Positions 33,601 through 42,473 are shown, numbered from the stretch's first letter. The stretch is DNA of 64,000 nt from an uncultured Candidatus Rokubacteria bacterium (GCA_963771355.1 CAVYTA010000007.1:128001-192000), one strand, 5' to 3'. Made by a program: numbers and translations. Notes: a model not told the origin generated them from the letters alone.

Positions 33601-33884
33601 ACTCCGTCACGGTGGCGCCCGGCGGGCGCGAGGGCCTGCTGTCGTTCTCCTCGGGCGGCTACGACCTCGTGATGACCGACCTGGGCATGCCCGACATGAA
33701 CGGCTGGGATGTGCTGCGGGCGGTGAAGGACTCGCGGCCGGCCACCCCGGTGCTGGTCCTCACCGGCTGGGGCGACACCACCGAGGTGCCCTCGGGCGCG
33801 CGACCCGACGGCGTGCTCACCAAGCCCTTCGACCTCAAGCGCCTGGCGACGGCGGTCAGCGAGGCGCTGGCTCGGCCGGCGTGA
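30642..33884 (+). CDS. Multi-GAF hybrid sensor histidine kinase (about 4 GAF, HisKA, HATPase, REC)
   Basis: Repeated STLDL.EVL GAF units, SHHLNN H-box, FEPFFTTK, GLGL, C-terminal receiver (IDDE, TDLGMP, KPF). Confidence 0.92.
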   Translation: MTGQSGTPHDPGTRELEVFAESSWLVASTLDLGEVLERLADVAQTRLGVDIVRIWLLDARTGLLSLRAETGTSGRPVAFAQTLSVGEGLAGRVFETQQSLVVPDVMQDARVRNRTWFESEGVHSSMLVPILLDTSPIGIIACMTRTRREFAPDEVKLAAAVAAPAATAVRNAGLYADALQRLEEIQAFQRVTSETLSSPDLETALRTVLRETRHLLRADGAFCSFVDSPSRDVQTVVTLGAHTAEFPRSRVTPGEGMSGLVLGARRAVRTDAYLTDPRFLRAPHLVEWARAESTQAMIGAPVFDRDGQVIALLWAYNRSATLFTAGDESVISGLAQQAALAIGTARGMEGERHRARQTAALLEIAQVCASTLELRPLLRAVALQVARALAAERCTINFWRGAVLVPVMSQFADGHVDATLWERYKEMGKDGVDAIPADLGAVKTRRPVMVEDMNTSDLVAPAWVKAFGIRTLLVVPLISGDRVIGTLALDDTRGPRAWTAADQDLATTMAAQVALAVDRARQYEEAAQRASEVQTLSAVGETLASTLDLQEVLDAIADSAIKVTGAQRAVVFEMDQAAGHLLARAVRGMAVDKGYVVHLGQGAAGTAVAQRAPVWSPDVVAEPPPAYDSMQVQAGMTLAEMATHFGYRAVLAVPVVSRDAVLGAVCIYWDEVHRPDEREIRLLSALARQAAIAMDNARLVSDLRRTLDDLKAAQDTLVRGATLRAVGELAAGASHHLNNLMAVVLGRTQLLLMKKPPEAMMASLKTIERAAVDAAETVRRIQAFGRTDTRDAEVAFDLNGTVREGIQLTRPRWEHEAQVRGARVEVIYDPVTPLRVPGRAAEIREVVTSLILNAVDAMPSGGRMVIRVQADKGRAVVSVSDSGAGMSAEVKRRAFEPFFTTKGVKSTGLGLAVAYGTIRRHGGEISVESTEGIGTTVTFWLPTANSAVTVAAPPAEPRPERKGKILVIDDEVSVLEIVAEVLSARGHSVTVAPGGREGLLSFSSGGYDLVMTDLGMPDMNGWDVLRAVKDSRPATPVLVLTGWGDTTEVPSGARPDGVLTKPFDLKRLATAVSEALARPA

Positions 33885-34251
33885 TCCGGATCAGCACGCT
33901 GGTCTTGGCCGCCAGTCCCTTCCGGATGTAGCGGCCCATCCAGAGCGGCACCATGAGCCAGTACTTCCGGCGGTAGGTCGCCAGCAGCGCGGCCTCGAGA
34001 TCGGGCCGATCGTCGACCCACTCCGCGCGCCCCTCGAACGCAGGCCCGTCCTTCTTGCCCACACGCACCGTCACCCGCCCGTTATCGCGGATGCGGCGCG
34101 CCTTCAGGCTCGCGCGCTGGGTGGTGAAGTACACGTGGCCTTCGTGCGGCCAGAGCCACGTGGGAACGGTGCCCGCCTGGCCGGCCCTGCTGTAGGTCGT
34201 GAGATAGATGTACTTCGCGCGCCGGAGCGCGTCGGCGAGCGCCGGCGTCAT
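33856..34251 (-). CDS. Pyridoxamine 5'-phosphate oxidase / PPOX-like protein
   Basis: YIYLTTY..G...TVP.W and KARRIRDN.RV patterns; GGAGG SD. Confidence 0.75.
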   Translation of the reverse strand: MTPALADALRRAKYIYLTTYSRAGQAGTVPTWLWPHEGHVYFTTQRASLKARRIRDNGRVTVRVGKKDGPAFEGRAEWVDDRPDLEAALLATYRRKYWLMVPLWMGRYIRKGLAAKTSVLIRITPAEPAPR

Positions 34252-35009
34252 GACCCCCTCCTCCCGCGGTCCGAGACGATCAGGCGATAGCCGAGATCCG
34301 CCTCGCCCTGCGCGCGCAGGTGTCCGAATCGCGACTCCCAGCGCCCCGAGCCGAGATCCTCGGCCAGGCGCGCGAGCCCCGCATCGGCCCGCCCCGGCGC
34401 GAGCTGGGCGAAGCCCGACATCGCGCCCCGCACGCCGGGATCGAGATAGGCCTCGGGCCTCCGCCAGTAGGCCCCGAGAAAGCCGTCCACGCAATCGTGG
34501 GGAACAGGCAGCACGCGCGCGTCGATCGGCCCGAGCGCGCGCTCGAAGTCGCCCAGGGACGGGAAGCGCCCGGCGTCGAGGGCGACGATCTCCGGGAGGT
34601 ACTCGGCGGTGAGCCAGAAGGCGTTGCCGCGGGCGGGATCCCAGGTGAGGACGACGACCCGCCGGCGCGCCACGCGCGCCAGCTCGGTGAGGCCGGCGGC
34701 GCGATCGGCCCAGTGGTGCACGGTGAGCACGGCCAGCGCGGCGTCCACGCTGCCGTCGGCGAGCGGGAGCCGCTCCGCCACCCCCTGCACGGCGCGCGCA
34801 GCGCCGGCCGGACGCTGGCGGATCATCTCGCGCGAGGGCTCGACGGCAAGCACGGAGAGATCGGGAGGCTCGTAGGAGCCGCTGCCCGCGCCCACGTTCA
34901 CCACGCGGCGTGCGTCGCCCAGCGCGACGCGGATGGCGGCGGCCACGCGCGGATCGGCTCGCCGTTGACCGGTATAGCCGCGTCCAATGGTGTCGTAGAC
35001 GACCGTCAC
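34248..35009 (-). CDS. Class I SAM-dependent methyltransferase
   Basis: YDTIGRGY, VNVGAGSGSY, TVHHW. Confidence 0.88.
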   Translation of the reverse strand: MTVVYDTIGRGYTGQRRADPRVAAAIRVALGDARRVVNVGAGSGSYEPPDLSVLAVEPSREMIRQRPAGAARAVQGVAERLPLADGSVDAALAVLTVHHWADRAAGLTELARVARRRVVVLTWDPARGNAFWLTAEYLPEIVALDAGRFPSLGDFERALGPIDARVLPVPHDCVDGFLGAYWRRPEAYLDPGVRGAMSGFAQLAPGRADAGLARLAEDLGSGRWESRFGHLRAQGEADLGYRLIVSDRGRRGS

Positions 35010-35045
35010 GTGATGAGACCCTCTCCACCGCGCGGGTGCCGCGGC

Positions 35046-35074
35046 TTGCGTCCGGACGGACCCCAGCCTACCAT
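35046..35074 (+). promoter_or_regulatory. Putative sigma70 promoter of the ggt operon
   Basis: TTGCGT-N17-TACCAT. Confidence 0.55.
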
Positions 35075-35160
35075 TGCCGTGCTCCGCGAAGGGGCGGAGC
35101 CGCGGCGTCGCAGGTTCACATTATGGAACGACGGACAGCCCAGCTCGGAGGATCCTGACC

Positions 35161-36792
35161 ATGCCCCCGCATCGCCATGCCTATCGTCCCGTCGTCATGG
35201 GCTCCCGCGGCGCGGTGACCTCCGCGCATCCGCTCGCCTCGATGGCGGGCGCGCGCATGCTGCTCGAGGGCGGCAATGCGGTGGACGCCGCCGTGGCGGT
35301 GGGTGCCGCGCTCAACGTGGTGGAGCCCTTCATGTCCAGCGCCGGCGGCATCGGGCTCATGCTGATCTCGCGCGCGCGCACCCGCGAGCGCCACGTGCTC
35401 GACTTCATCGGCCCCGCGCCCCTGGCGGCCGATCCCGCCCAGGCCACCGAGGACGAGCTGGCGGGCGGGCCCAAGGCCTTCGCCACGCCGGGCAATCTCG
35501 GGGGCTGGCTGGCCGCCCTGGAGCGCTTCGGCAGCATGCCGCGCGGGCGCGTGCTGGGTCCCGCCATCGAGTACGCCGAGAACGGCGTGCCCCTGACGTG
35601 GATGAACACCACCTTCTTCGAGAAGTCCCGCGAGACGCTCGCCCGCTCGGCGGAGGCGCAGCGGCTCTATCTCGGCAGTGGGTCGCCGCGGCCCGGCAAG
35701 ATCGTGACCTACAAGGAGCTCGCCGGCACGTTCCGACAGGTGGCGGAGGGCGGCGCGGAGGTCTTCTACAAGGGGCCCATCGCGAAAGCGATCGCCCGCG
35801 CGGTACGCGAGGCCGGGGGCTGGCTCACCGAGGCCGACCTGGCCGCCTTCACCCCGGAGTGGCGCCAGCCGGTGACCATCACCTACCGCGGCCACGAGGT
35901 GTCCTCGGTGCCGCCGCCCTTCTCCGCCTTCCAGATGCTCGAGACCCTGAACATCATGGAGGGCTTCGACGTGGCGCGCTGGGGGCACAATTCCCCCGAG
36001 CACCTGCACCATCTCATCGAGGCGATCAAGATCGCCTCGGCGGACCGCCTCGCCTATGCCTATCTCAACGACGTCTCGAAGATTCCCATCAGCGGGCTCG
36101 TGTCCAAGGCCTATGCTGCCTCGCAGCGGGCGCGCATCGATCCCGCCCGCGCGGGGGTGAGCGAGGGCGAGCGGCACACGCTCAAGCGGCGCACCGGCCA
36201 GATCTCCGAGGGGCATCCCGCGGACTTCATGCACGATCAGACCACCCACTTCGCGTGCGCGGACGCCGAAGGCACCGTGGTGTCGGTGACCCAGACCCTG
36301 GGCGGGCCCTTCGGCTCGGGCTTCGCGGTGCCGGGCACCGGGCTCGTGCTGAACAATATCCTCAAGTGGATGGACCTCGACCCCGCGTCGCCCAACGCGG
36401 TGCGGCCGGGCAAGAAGGCCGGCACCATGATGTCGCCCACCCAGCTCTTCCGCGACGGCGCCTTCACCATGTCCATCGGCACGCCGGGCTCGTACGGCAT
36501 CCTGCAGACGCAGACCCAGATGCTCATGAACGCGGTGGACTTCGGGCTCAATATCCAGGAGGCCATCGAGGCGCCGCGCATCCGCGTGTACGCCGACCGG
36601 CAGCTCGACGCGGAGGACCGCATCCCCGAGGCGACGCGCGCCGCACTCGCGGAGCGGGGGCACCAGATCAACGCCATCGACGACTGGTCCTGGATCGTGG
36701 GCGGCGGGCAGGGGATCATGCGCGATCCCGAATCCGGCGCGCTCATGGCCGGCGCCGACCCGCGGCGCGACGGCTACGCGCTGGCGATCTAG
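35161..36792 (+). CDS. ggt: Gamma-glutamyltransferase family protein
   Basis: GGNAVDAAVA, TTHF autocatalytic Thr, GTPGS, GADPRRDG. Confidence 0.92.
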   Translation: MPPHRHAYRPVVMGSRGAVTSAHPLASMAGARMLLEGGNAVDAAVAVGAALNVVEPFMSSAGGIGLMLISRARTRERHVLDFIGPAPLAADPAQATEDELAGGPKAFATPGNLGGWLAALERFGSMPRGRVLGPAIEYAENGVPLTWMNTTFFEKSRETLARSAEAQRLYLGSGSPRPGKIVTYKELAGTFRQVAEGGAEVFYKGPIAKAIARAVREAGGWLTEADLAAFTPEWRQPVTITYRGHEVSSVPPPFSAFQMLETLNIMEGFDVARWGHNSPEHLHHLIEAIKIASADRLAYAYLNDVSKIPISGLVSKAYAASQRARIDPARAGVSEGERHTLKRRTGQISEGHPADFMHDQTTHFACADAEGTVVSVTQTLGGPFGSGFAVPGTGLVLNNILKWMDLDPASPNAVRPGKKAGTMMSPTQLFRDGAFTMSIGTPGSYGILQTQTQMLMNAVDFGLNIQEAIEAPRIRVYADRQLDAEDRIPEATRAALAERGHQINAIDDWSWIVGGGQGIMRDPESGALMAGADPRRDGYALAI

Positions 36793-36801
36793 GAGGAGGC
36801 G

Positions 36802-37593
36802 GTGACGCTCAAGGACCGGACGGCGGTGGTGACGGGCGCGGGCTCCGGCCTCGGCCGCGGTATCGCGCTGGCCCTCGCCGCGCAGGGCGCGCGGGTGGCG
36901 GCGGCCGACATCGACGAGACGACGGCCAAGGAGACGGCGGCCATGATCGGCAAGGCCTCCGGCCGGGCCATCGCGCTCCGCGCGGACACCAGCCGCGCCG
37001 AGGACGTGGACGGGATGGTGACCGCCGCGGTGAAGGAGCTGGGGCCGCTGGAGATCATCGTCAACAACGCCGGGATCCTCGACGGCTACTTCAACGTGGA
37101 CGAGATGAGCGAGGCGGTGTGGCGCCGGACCATCGACATCGACCTCACCGGCGTCTTCCTCGGCTGCAAGCGCGCCATCGCCGAGATGCTGCCGCGCGGC
37201 CGCGGGCGGGTCATCAACATGGCCTCGGTGGCCGGGCTCAACGGCACCGGCGGCGGCGCCGCCTACGTGGCCGCCAAGCATGGGGTGGTCGGCCTCACGC
37301 GCCAGATGGCCGTCACCTATTCGGCGCGCGGCATCACCGTCAACTGCATCTGCCCTGGGCCCATCCTCACCGGCCTGCGGCAGCACTCGCAGCAAATCCT
37401 GGGGCCCGATGTCCCCGACATGAGCGGGCGCGGGGTGGCCGTCAACGACGATCAGATTCGCGGGCTGGTGCCGGTGGGCCGGCGCGGCACCGTGGAGGAC
37501 ATCGCGTCCGCCGTCTGCTACCTGGCCTCCGACGAGGCCGGCTATATCACGGGACATGCCATGGTTGTCGACGGAGGCTGGAGAGCCAAATGA
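36802..37593 (+). CDS. SDR family oxidoreductase
   Basis: TGAGSGLG, NNAG, YVAAK. Confidence 0.93.
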   Translation: MTLKDRTAVVTGAGSGLGRGIALALAAQGARVAAADIDETTAKETAAMIGKASGRAIALRADTSRAEDVDGMVTAAVKELGPLEIIVNNAGILDGYFNVDEMSEAVWRRTIDIDLTGVFLGCKRAIAEMLPRGRGRVINMASVAGLNGTGGGAAYVAAKHGVVGLTRQMAVTYSARGITVNCICPGPILTGLRQHSQQILGPDVPDMSGRGVAVNDDQIRGLVPVGRRGTVEDIASAVCYLASDEAGYITGHAMVVDGGWRAK

Positions 37594-38732
37594 TCACCAA
37601 GTTCTCGGTACTCTACGTCGGGCAGATCGAGCTGGAGAACGTGGGGCTCCAGGGAACGCCCGCCAACGACCGGCGCTACGGGAACGAGCGGCTGGCCGAG
37701 GCCTTCCACACCGCCAAGGACGTCGCCCAGCACATGGACGAGCTGGGCTACTACTGCCTGTGGACGGCCGAGCACCACTTCCAGCACGAGGGCTACGAGG
37801 TCTTCCCCAACCTCATCCTCCTCGGCACCTGGCTCGCCACTCAGACCAAGCGGCTCAAGCTCGGCTGCGCGTTCAACGTGCTGCCGATGTGGCACCCCCT
37901 CCGCCTCGCCGAGGACTACGCGGCCGCCGACATCATGACCGGCGGCCGCATCATCATGGGGGTGGGCCGCGGTTACCACACGCGTGAGGTCGAAAGCTTC
38001 GGCGCGCCCATGCTCGACAACAAGGCGAACCAGGAGCTGTTCGAGGAGCAGATGGAAGTGCTCCTCAAGGCCTTCAACGAGGAGTCCTTCTCGCACCACG
38101 GCAAGCACTACCAGATCCCGCCGCCGGTGGAGTACCGCGGCTACACGCTCCGGGAGGTCACCCTCGTGCCCCGCCCCCTCCACCGGCCGGTGGAGATCTG
38201 GCAGCCCATCGCCTCGGGGAAGACGCTCCCGTACATCGCCCAGCGCGGGATCAAGGGCATGGTGACCCTCAACGGCGAGAAGATCTTCGATCAGGTCGCG
38301 CGCGCCTATCAGGCGGAGGCGGCCAAGGCGGGGCGGACGCTGGCGCTCGGCCAGGACCTCTGCTGGGGCGTGGGGCTCTACCTGGCCGACACCGAGGCGG
38401 AGGCCATCCGGCGCGTGGAGCCCTATCACGACGAGCGCTACAAGTGGTTCGCTCCCTTCGGCTTCGTGCGCTACGCGGACGCCGACGGGCGCTCCTGGGG
38501 CACGCCCGGCGCACCCGCGCGCATCCCCAGCATCCGCGACGGCGTCGAGCAGAAGGCCTGGCTGTGCGGGCCGCCCAAGCACGTGATCGAGGGGATCCGG
38601 CACTTCGAGCACACCTACCCTGGCCTCGACCAGATGATGATCCACTGGGCCGAGGGCATGGGGCCCAAGGAGTTCAAGGAGCAGCTCAGCTGGTTTGCCC
38701 GCGAGGTCATGCCGGCCTTCATCAAGCGATAG
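37590..38732 (+). CDS. LLM class flavin-dependent oxidoreductase
   Basis: WTAEHHF, WHPLRLAED, GVGRGY, FAREVMPAF; ATGA overlap. Confidence 0.92.
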   Translation: MITKFSVLYVGQIELENVGLQGTPANDRRYGNERLAEAFHTAKDVAQHMDELGYYCLWTAEHHFQHEGYEVFPNLILLGTWLATQTKRLKLGCAFNVLPMWHPLRLAEDYAAADIMTGGRIIMGVGRGYHTREVESFGAPMLDNKANQELFEEQMEVLLKAFNEESFSHHGKHYQIPPPVEYRGYTLREVTLVPRPLHRPVEIWQPIASGKTLPYIAQRGIKGMVTLNGEKIFDQVARAYQAEAAKAGRTLALGQDLCWGVGLYLADTEAEAIRRVEPYHDERYKWFAPFGFVRYADADGRSWGTPGAPARIPSIRDGVEQKAWLCGPPKHVIEGIRHFEHTYPGLDQMMIHWAEGMGPKEFKEQLSWFAREVMPAFIKR

Positions 38733-38831
38733 CGGCTGCCAAGCCCCCAGGGCATAGCCCCCCCGGGGGGGTATACCCCCACCCCGTAGTTCTCCCCTCG
38801 TGGGAGGCCCCCCAGGGATTGTATTTTTCCC

Positions 38832-38859
38832 TTGCACTCCCTCGTAGGCTCGCGATAAT
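38832..38859 (+). promoter_or_regulatory. Sigma70-type promoter upstream of the small basic ORF
   Basis: TTGCAC-N16-GATAAT with a T-rich UP-like tract upstream. Confidence 0.6.
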
Positions 38860-38952
38860 ACCCTCGGCCGGATCGGGAGGCGCCGGGCGGCACATCCCAA
38901 TCACTCACGGCAAGGTATCAGTCGCCTCACACAGTCTGACGGAGGACGCAGA

Positions 38953-39111
38953 ATGGCGAAGGGCAAGAAGGCATTCGGTGGCTATGCCATCAACTTCAAG
39001 GGATGCAGCGACACGCTCGAGTCCGTGATGGGCTCCACGCCCATCGGGCCCTCGGAGATGACGAAGAAGATCTGGGCCTACGTGAAGAGGAAGAAGCTCG
39101 CGAAGAAGTAA
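38953..39111 (+). CDS. 52-aa Lys-rich protein resembling the N-terminal half of a SWIB/MDM2 domain (absent from the ORF track)
   Basis: MAKGKKAFGGYAINFKGCSDTLESVMGSTPIGPSEMTKKIWAYVKRKKLAKK; GGAGG SD 7 nt upstream; host-like codon usage. Confidence 0.8.
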   Translation: MAKGKKAFGGYAINFKGCSDTLESVMGSTPIGPSEMTKKIWAYVKRKKLAKK

Positions 39112-39124
39112 GGCGCGCTCCCGA

Positions 39125-39167
39125 CCGGATGATCCTCGCCTTGCCCGGCGCCTCCAGGATCATCCGG
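39125..39167 (+). terminator. Hairpin after the small basic ORF (possible terminator)
   Basis: ccggatgatcct / aggatcatccgg perfect 12-bp stem; no U-tract. Confidence 0.4.
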
Positions 39168-39235
39168 CCGCTTGACTTGCCCGCCTCGCTCCGCCGACAC
39201 TAGGCGCGCCGATATCAGGCGTCAGGAGGCGCGCG

Positions 39236-39577
39236 ATGATCATTCTGGCCACCGAGCGGTCCACGTATCTCGACGTCGACAAGATCGACTGGGAGCCCAC
39301 TCGGTTCCCCGGCGTCTATATCAAGAAGCTGTACGAGGACGCCTCGGGCAAGGCGACCTCCCTCACCAAGATGGACAAGGGCGCCGTGCTTCCCGATCAC
39401 CGGCACGTCGGGATCGAGCAGAGCTACGTGCTCCAGGGCACGCTGGTGGACGACGATGGCGCCTGCACCGCGGGCAACTTCGTCTGGCGCCGGCCCGGCT
39501 CGGTGCACAAGGCGTGGACGCCCGACGGCTGCATCGTCCTCGGGGTCTTCGAGAAGCCGAACGAGTTCCTGACCTAG
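39236..39577 (+). CDS. ChrR-like cupin domain protein
   Basis: PDHRHVGIEQSYVLQG, PGSVH. Confidence 0.85.
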   Translation: MIILATERSTYLDVDKIDWEPTRFPGVYIKKLYEDASGKATSLTKMDKGAVLPDHRHVGIEQSYVLQGTLVDDDGACTAGNFVWRRPGSVHKAWTPDGCIVLGVFEKPNEFLT

Positions 39578-40239
39578 ACTCCCACGCGCTCGGGGATCTG
39601 GTCCAGCCGCTCCACCTCGTAGTCGGGAGTGGCGCCGAGCTCGTCCATGGGCGCGCCCTGTCGGTTGCACCAGCACGTGCGGTAGCCGAATCCGGCCGCC
39701 CCCGCGATGTCCCACGCGTTCGACGACACGAAGAGGATCTCGCGGGCGGCGAGGCCGAAGGCGCGCGGGCCCAGCTCGTAGACGCGCGGCGAGGGCTTGT
39801 ACACCTGCACCGCGTCCACCGAGAGCACGTGGGCGAAGGCTCCCTCGAGCCCGCTCGAGCGCACCGCCGCTTCCAGCATCCGCGGCGAGCCGTTCGACAG
39901 GATCCCCAGCGGTGCCCCCTTCAGTCGATCCAGGGCGGGACCCACGTCGGGGAAGGTCGCCATCGAGAGATAGGCCTCCATGAGGGCGGTCACCTGGGGC
40001 GGGCTCGGCTGCAGCCCCAGCCGGCGGAGCGTGAAGGAGAGCGCCTGCTGCGTCACCTCCCAGAAGTCGACATAGCGGTCCATGAGCGCGCGCAGCCACG
40101 TGTACTCGAGCTGCTTCTGGCGCCAGAGCGCGGACAGGGCCTGCGGGTCGCTGGTGATGGCCCGCCCCGCCTCGACCACGGAGTGGACGTCGAAGAGCGT
40201 GCCGTAGGCGTCGAAGACGAAGGCACTGGGTGGGGTCAT
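39574..40239 (-). CDS. Haloacid dehalogenase type II
   Basis: FDAYGTLFD, WRQKQLEYTW, LSNG, YKP, VSSNAWD. Confidence 0.93.
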   Translation of the reverse strand: MTPPSAFVFDAYGTLFDVHSVVEAGRAITSDPQALSALWRQKQLEYTWLRALMDRYVDFWEVTQQALSFTLRRLGLQPSPPQVTALMEAYLSMATFPDVGPALDRLKGAPLGILSNGSPRMLEAAVRSSGLEGAFAHVLSVDAVQVYKPSPRVYELGPRAFGLAAREILFVSSNAWDIAGAAGFGYRTCWCNRQGAPMDELGATPDYEVERLDQIPERVGV

Positions 40240-40272
40240 GAGGGAACGGTCCTCCGCTCGGGAGGTCGGGCC

Positions 40273-41187
40273 CTACCCGGCGAACGGTATGGCCGCGCTC
40301 GAGCGCCGCGTGGGACGGCGCGGCGTCGCGGGACCGGGACGGCGGGGCGGCTCGTCGCCCCCGTCCAGCCCGTTGGCGATGAAGCCGTACTGGAGGAGCT
40401 TGCGCGCGTCGCGGAAGGAGAGGCTGCGGGTCTGCGCGCCCAGCACGATGAGCAGGAAGCGCTGACCCGCACGCCAGGCGGCGATGGCCAGGTTGTAGCC
40501 GGCCTCGTTCGTGAAGCCGGTCTTCAGCGCCTGCACGCCGCCGGGATCGTCGAAGAGCGGGATGCGCCGGCTGTACACGCGCCCGCGGTAGACGAAGGTC
40601 TTCCCCCCCAGGATGGTGCGTGATGCCGGATAGTCGGTGACGAGGTGGCCGATGAGGGCGGCCATGTCCAGGGCGTTCGTGCGCTGGGTGGGATCCGGCA
40701 GGCCATGGGGATTGGCGAAGCGCGTGGCCACCAGGCCGAGGAGCTGGGCCTTGGTGTTCATGCGCTGGACGAAGGCCTCCTCGGACCCGGCCAGATGCTC
40801 CGCCACCGCCGCGGCCGCGTCGTTGGCGGACGCGATGCCGACACCCTCGAGGAGCGTGCTCAGCGGCACCGTTTCCCTCATGCGCAGCCCCATCCGATAG
40901 CGCGGCGTCGCCGCGGCGTGGCGGCTCACCGTGACGCCCTCGTCCCATTCCGCCCGCCCTGCCTCCAGATCCTCGAAGGCGAGATAGAGGGTCATCAGCT
41001 TCACCAGGCTGGCAGGGGCATGATCGTCCCCGGAGTTCTTGGCAAAGAGCACCTTGCCGTCGGCGTCGAGGAGGAGCACGGCCTCCGCGTTGAGGGCCAG
41101 CCCCTGGCTGTTCTGGGCCGCCGACGGCAGCACGGCGGCGGCAAGCACGAGCCAGAGGGTGACGGAGAAGCCGACGGTGGAGCGCAC
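40273..41187 (-). CDS. D-alanyl-D-alanine carboxypeptidase (peptidase S11)
   Basis: ASLVK (SxxK), SAN, KTG motifs; signal peptide. Confidence 0.92.
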   Translation of the reverse strand: MRSTVGFSVTLWLVLAAAVLPSAAQNSQGLALNAEAVLLLDADGKVLFAKNSGDDHAPASLVKLMTLYLAFEDLEAGRAEWDEGVTVSRHAAATPRYRMGLRMRETVPLSTLLEGVGIASANDAAAAVAEHLAGSEEAFVQRMNTKAQLLGLVATRFANPHGLPDPTQRTNALDMAALIGHLVTDYPASRTILGGKTFVYRGRVYSRRIPLFDDPGGVQALKTGFTNEAGYNLAIAAWRAGQRFLLIVLGAQTRSLSFRDARKLLQYGFIANGLDGGDEPPRRPGPATPRRPTRRSSAAIPFAG

Positions 41188-41234
41188 TGCAGAAAATCTT
41201 ACCGCGGAGCCACGGGTGGCGGAAACGGAAAAGC

Positions 41235-41507
41235 CTAACGAATGGCGCGCTTCAACTCTTTCGAGGGTTTGAAGCGAGGGGTCCGGCCCGCCGCCACCAC
41301 CATCGGCTGGCCGGTGCGCGGGTTCTTGCCGCGTCGCGGCTTTCGTCGGCCGACCGAGAAGGTACCGAAGCCAACGAGCGTCACCGTCTGCCCTCGCTTG
41401 AGCGAGGTCTTGATCGAGGCCAGCAGCGCGCGCAGGGCGCGGTCGGACGCGGCCTTCGTCCAGCCGCTCGACGCCGCCATGGCCGCCACGAGATCCGCCC
41501 GAGTCAT
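41235..41507 (-). CDS. hup: HU family DNA-binding protein
   Basis: GFGTF, GKNPRTG, FKPSKELK; AAGGAG SD. Confidence 0.93.
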   Translation of the reverse strand: MTRADLVAAMAASSGWTKAASDRALRALLASIKTSLKRGQTVTLVGFGTFSVGRRKPRRGKNPRTGQPMVVAAGRTPRFKPSKELKRAIR

Positions 41508-41539
41508 GCCGGAGCTCCTTTCCGTGTCGCGGGGCTCGG

Positions 41540-41569
41540 ATATTAGCAGGCCCGCAGTTGGAGGGTCAA
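41540..41569 (-). promoter_or_regulatory. Sigma70 promoter of the HU gene
   Basis: Minus strand TTGACC-N18-TAATAT with TGn extension. Confidence 0.65.
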
Positions 41570-41594
41570 GGCGACGATGGTATCGTTGACCATC

Positions 41595-42473
41595 ATGCGC
41601 AGATGGGCGCGCGCGATCGTGGCCGCCGGCCTCCTCCTGGGCTCGGCGCTCGGCGCGGGGACGGTCGCCGCCGAGGAGCCGCGGACCGACGCCGCCGGCG
41701 AGGCCGCGCGCCCGGCCGCGCCGCCCTCCGCGCCCATGTCGCTGGAACTCACCGAGACCAGCCGTGAGCGCAATATCCCCTGGGACCGACTCGACGGTAC
41801 CGCGTACGATCTGGTACGCGACGTGGTGGACGGCGCCGCGCTGGCGGGCCAGGTGCGCGACATCTCCTTCCGCAGCCGCAAGCCCGTCTTCGACTACCTG
41901 CTCGACAACCCCGACTTCGCCGCCGACGTGGCGCGCGCCCTCCGCGAGGGCAAGTACCGGATCCGGCGCGTGGGCGACGCCTTCGAGGCCGACGACGGCC
42001 ACGGGGGGCGCGGCACCATGAAATTCCTTCTCAACGAGGACGGCCGGCGCCTCTACTATCTGCAGGGCCGGTACGACCCGCCGCTCCTGCCCACCTTGAC
42101 CGGCCGTCTGGTGATTCTTCTCGACGCCGAGCACCTCGATGGCCCCGACGGTGTCACGTACTGCGCGATGAAGTTCGCCGGCTACCTCAAGCTCGACAAC
42201 GCGATGGCCGACGCGGTCGCGCGCGTGATGAAGATGTTCTCCGAGGACCAGGTGGACCGGCGCGTGCGCCGCTTCTTCGGGCACGTGGCGGCGGTGAGCC
42301 GCCGCGCCTACAACGATCCGGAGGGCCTGGCCGAGCTGCTCGCGACGCAGCCCCAGCTGCCGGCGGATCAAGTGGCGGCCTTCCGCGAGCTGCTCCTCGC
42401 CCAGGTGCTGCCGGGCTGGGCGGAGGACCTCGACTACCGCTTCCTCGCCCCGCCCGACGCCACCATCGAGTGA
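41595..42473 (+). CDS. Hypothetical exported protein
   Basis: Signal peptide MRRWARAIVAAGLLLG..AAE; host-like codon usage; no family recognised. Confidence 0.7.
   Translation: MRRWARAIVAAGLLLGSALGAGTVAAEEPRTDAAGEAARPAAPPSAPMSLELTETSRERNIPWDRLDGTAYDLVRDVVDGAALAGQVRDISFRSRKPVFDYLLDNPDFAADVARALREGKYRIRRVGDAFEADDGHGGRGTMKFLLNEDGRRLYYLQGRYDPPLLPTLTGRLVILLDAEHLDGPDGVTYCAMKFAGYLKLDNAMADAVARVMKMFSEDQVDRRVRRFFGHVAAVSRRAYNDPEGLAELLATQPQLPADQVAAFRELLLAQVLPGWAEDLDYRFLAPPDATIE

Noticed and set aside
34320..38732. 1470-aa ORF
   Set aside because: Only 37590-38732 (LLM) is real; the rest is an Arg/Gly/Ala-rich off-frame shadow of ggt/SDR typical of high GC.
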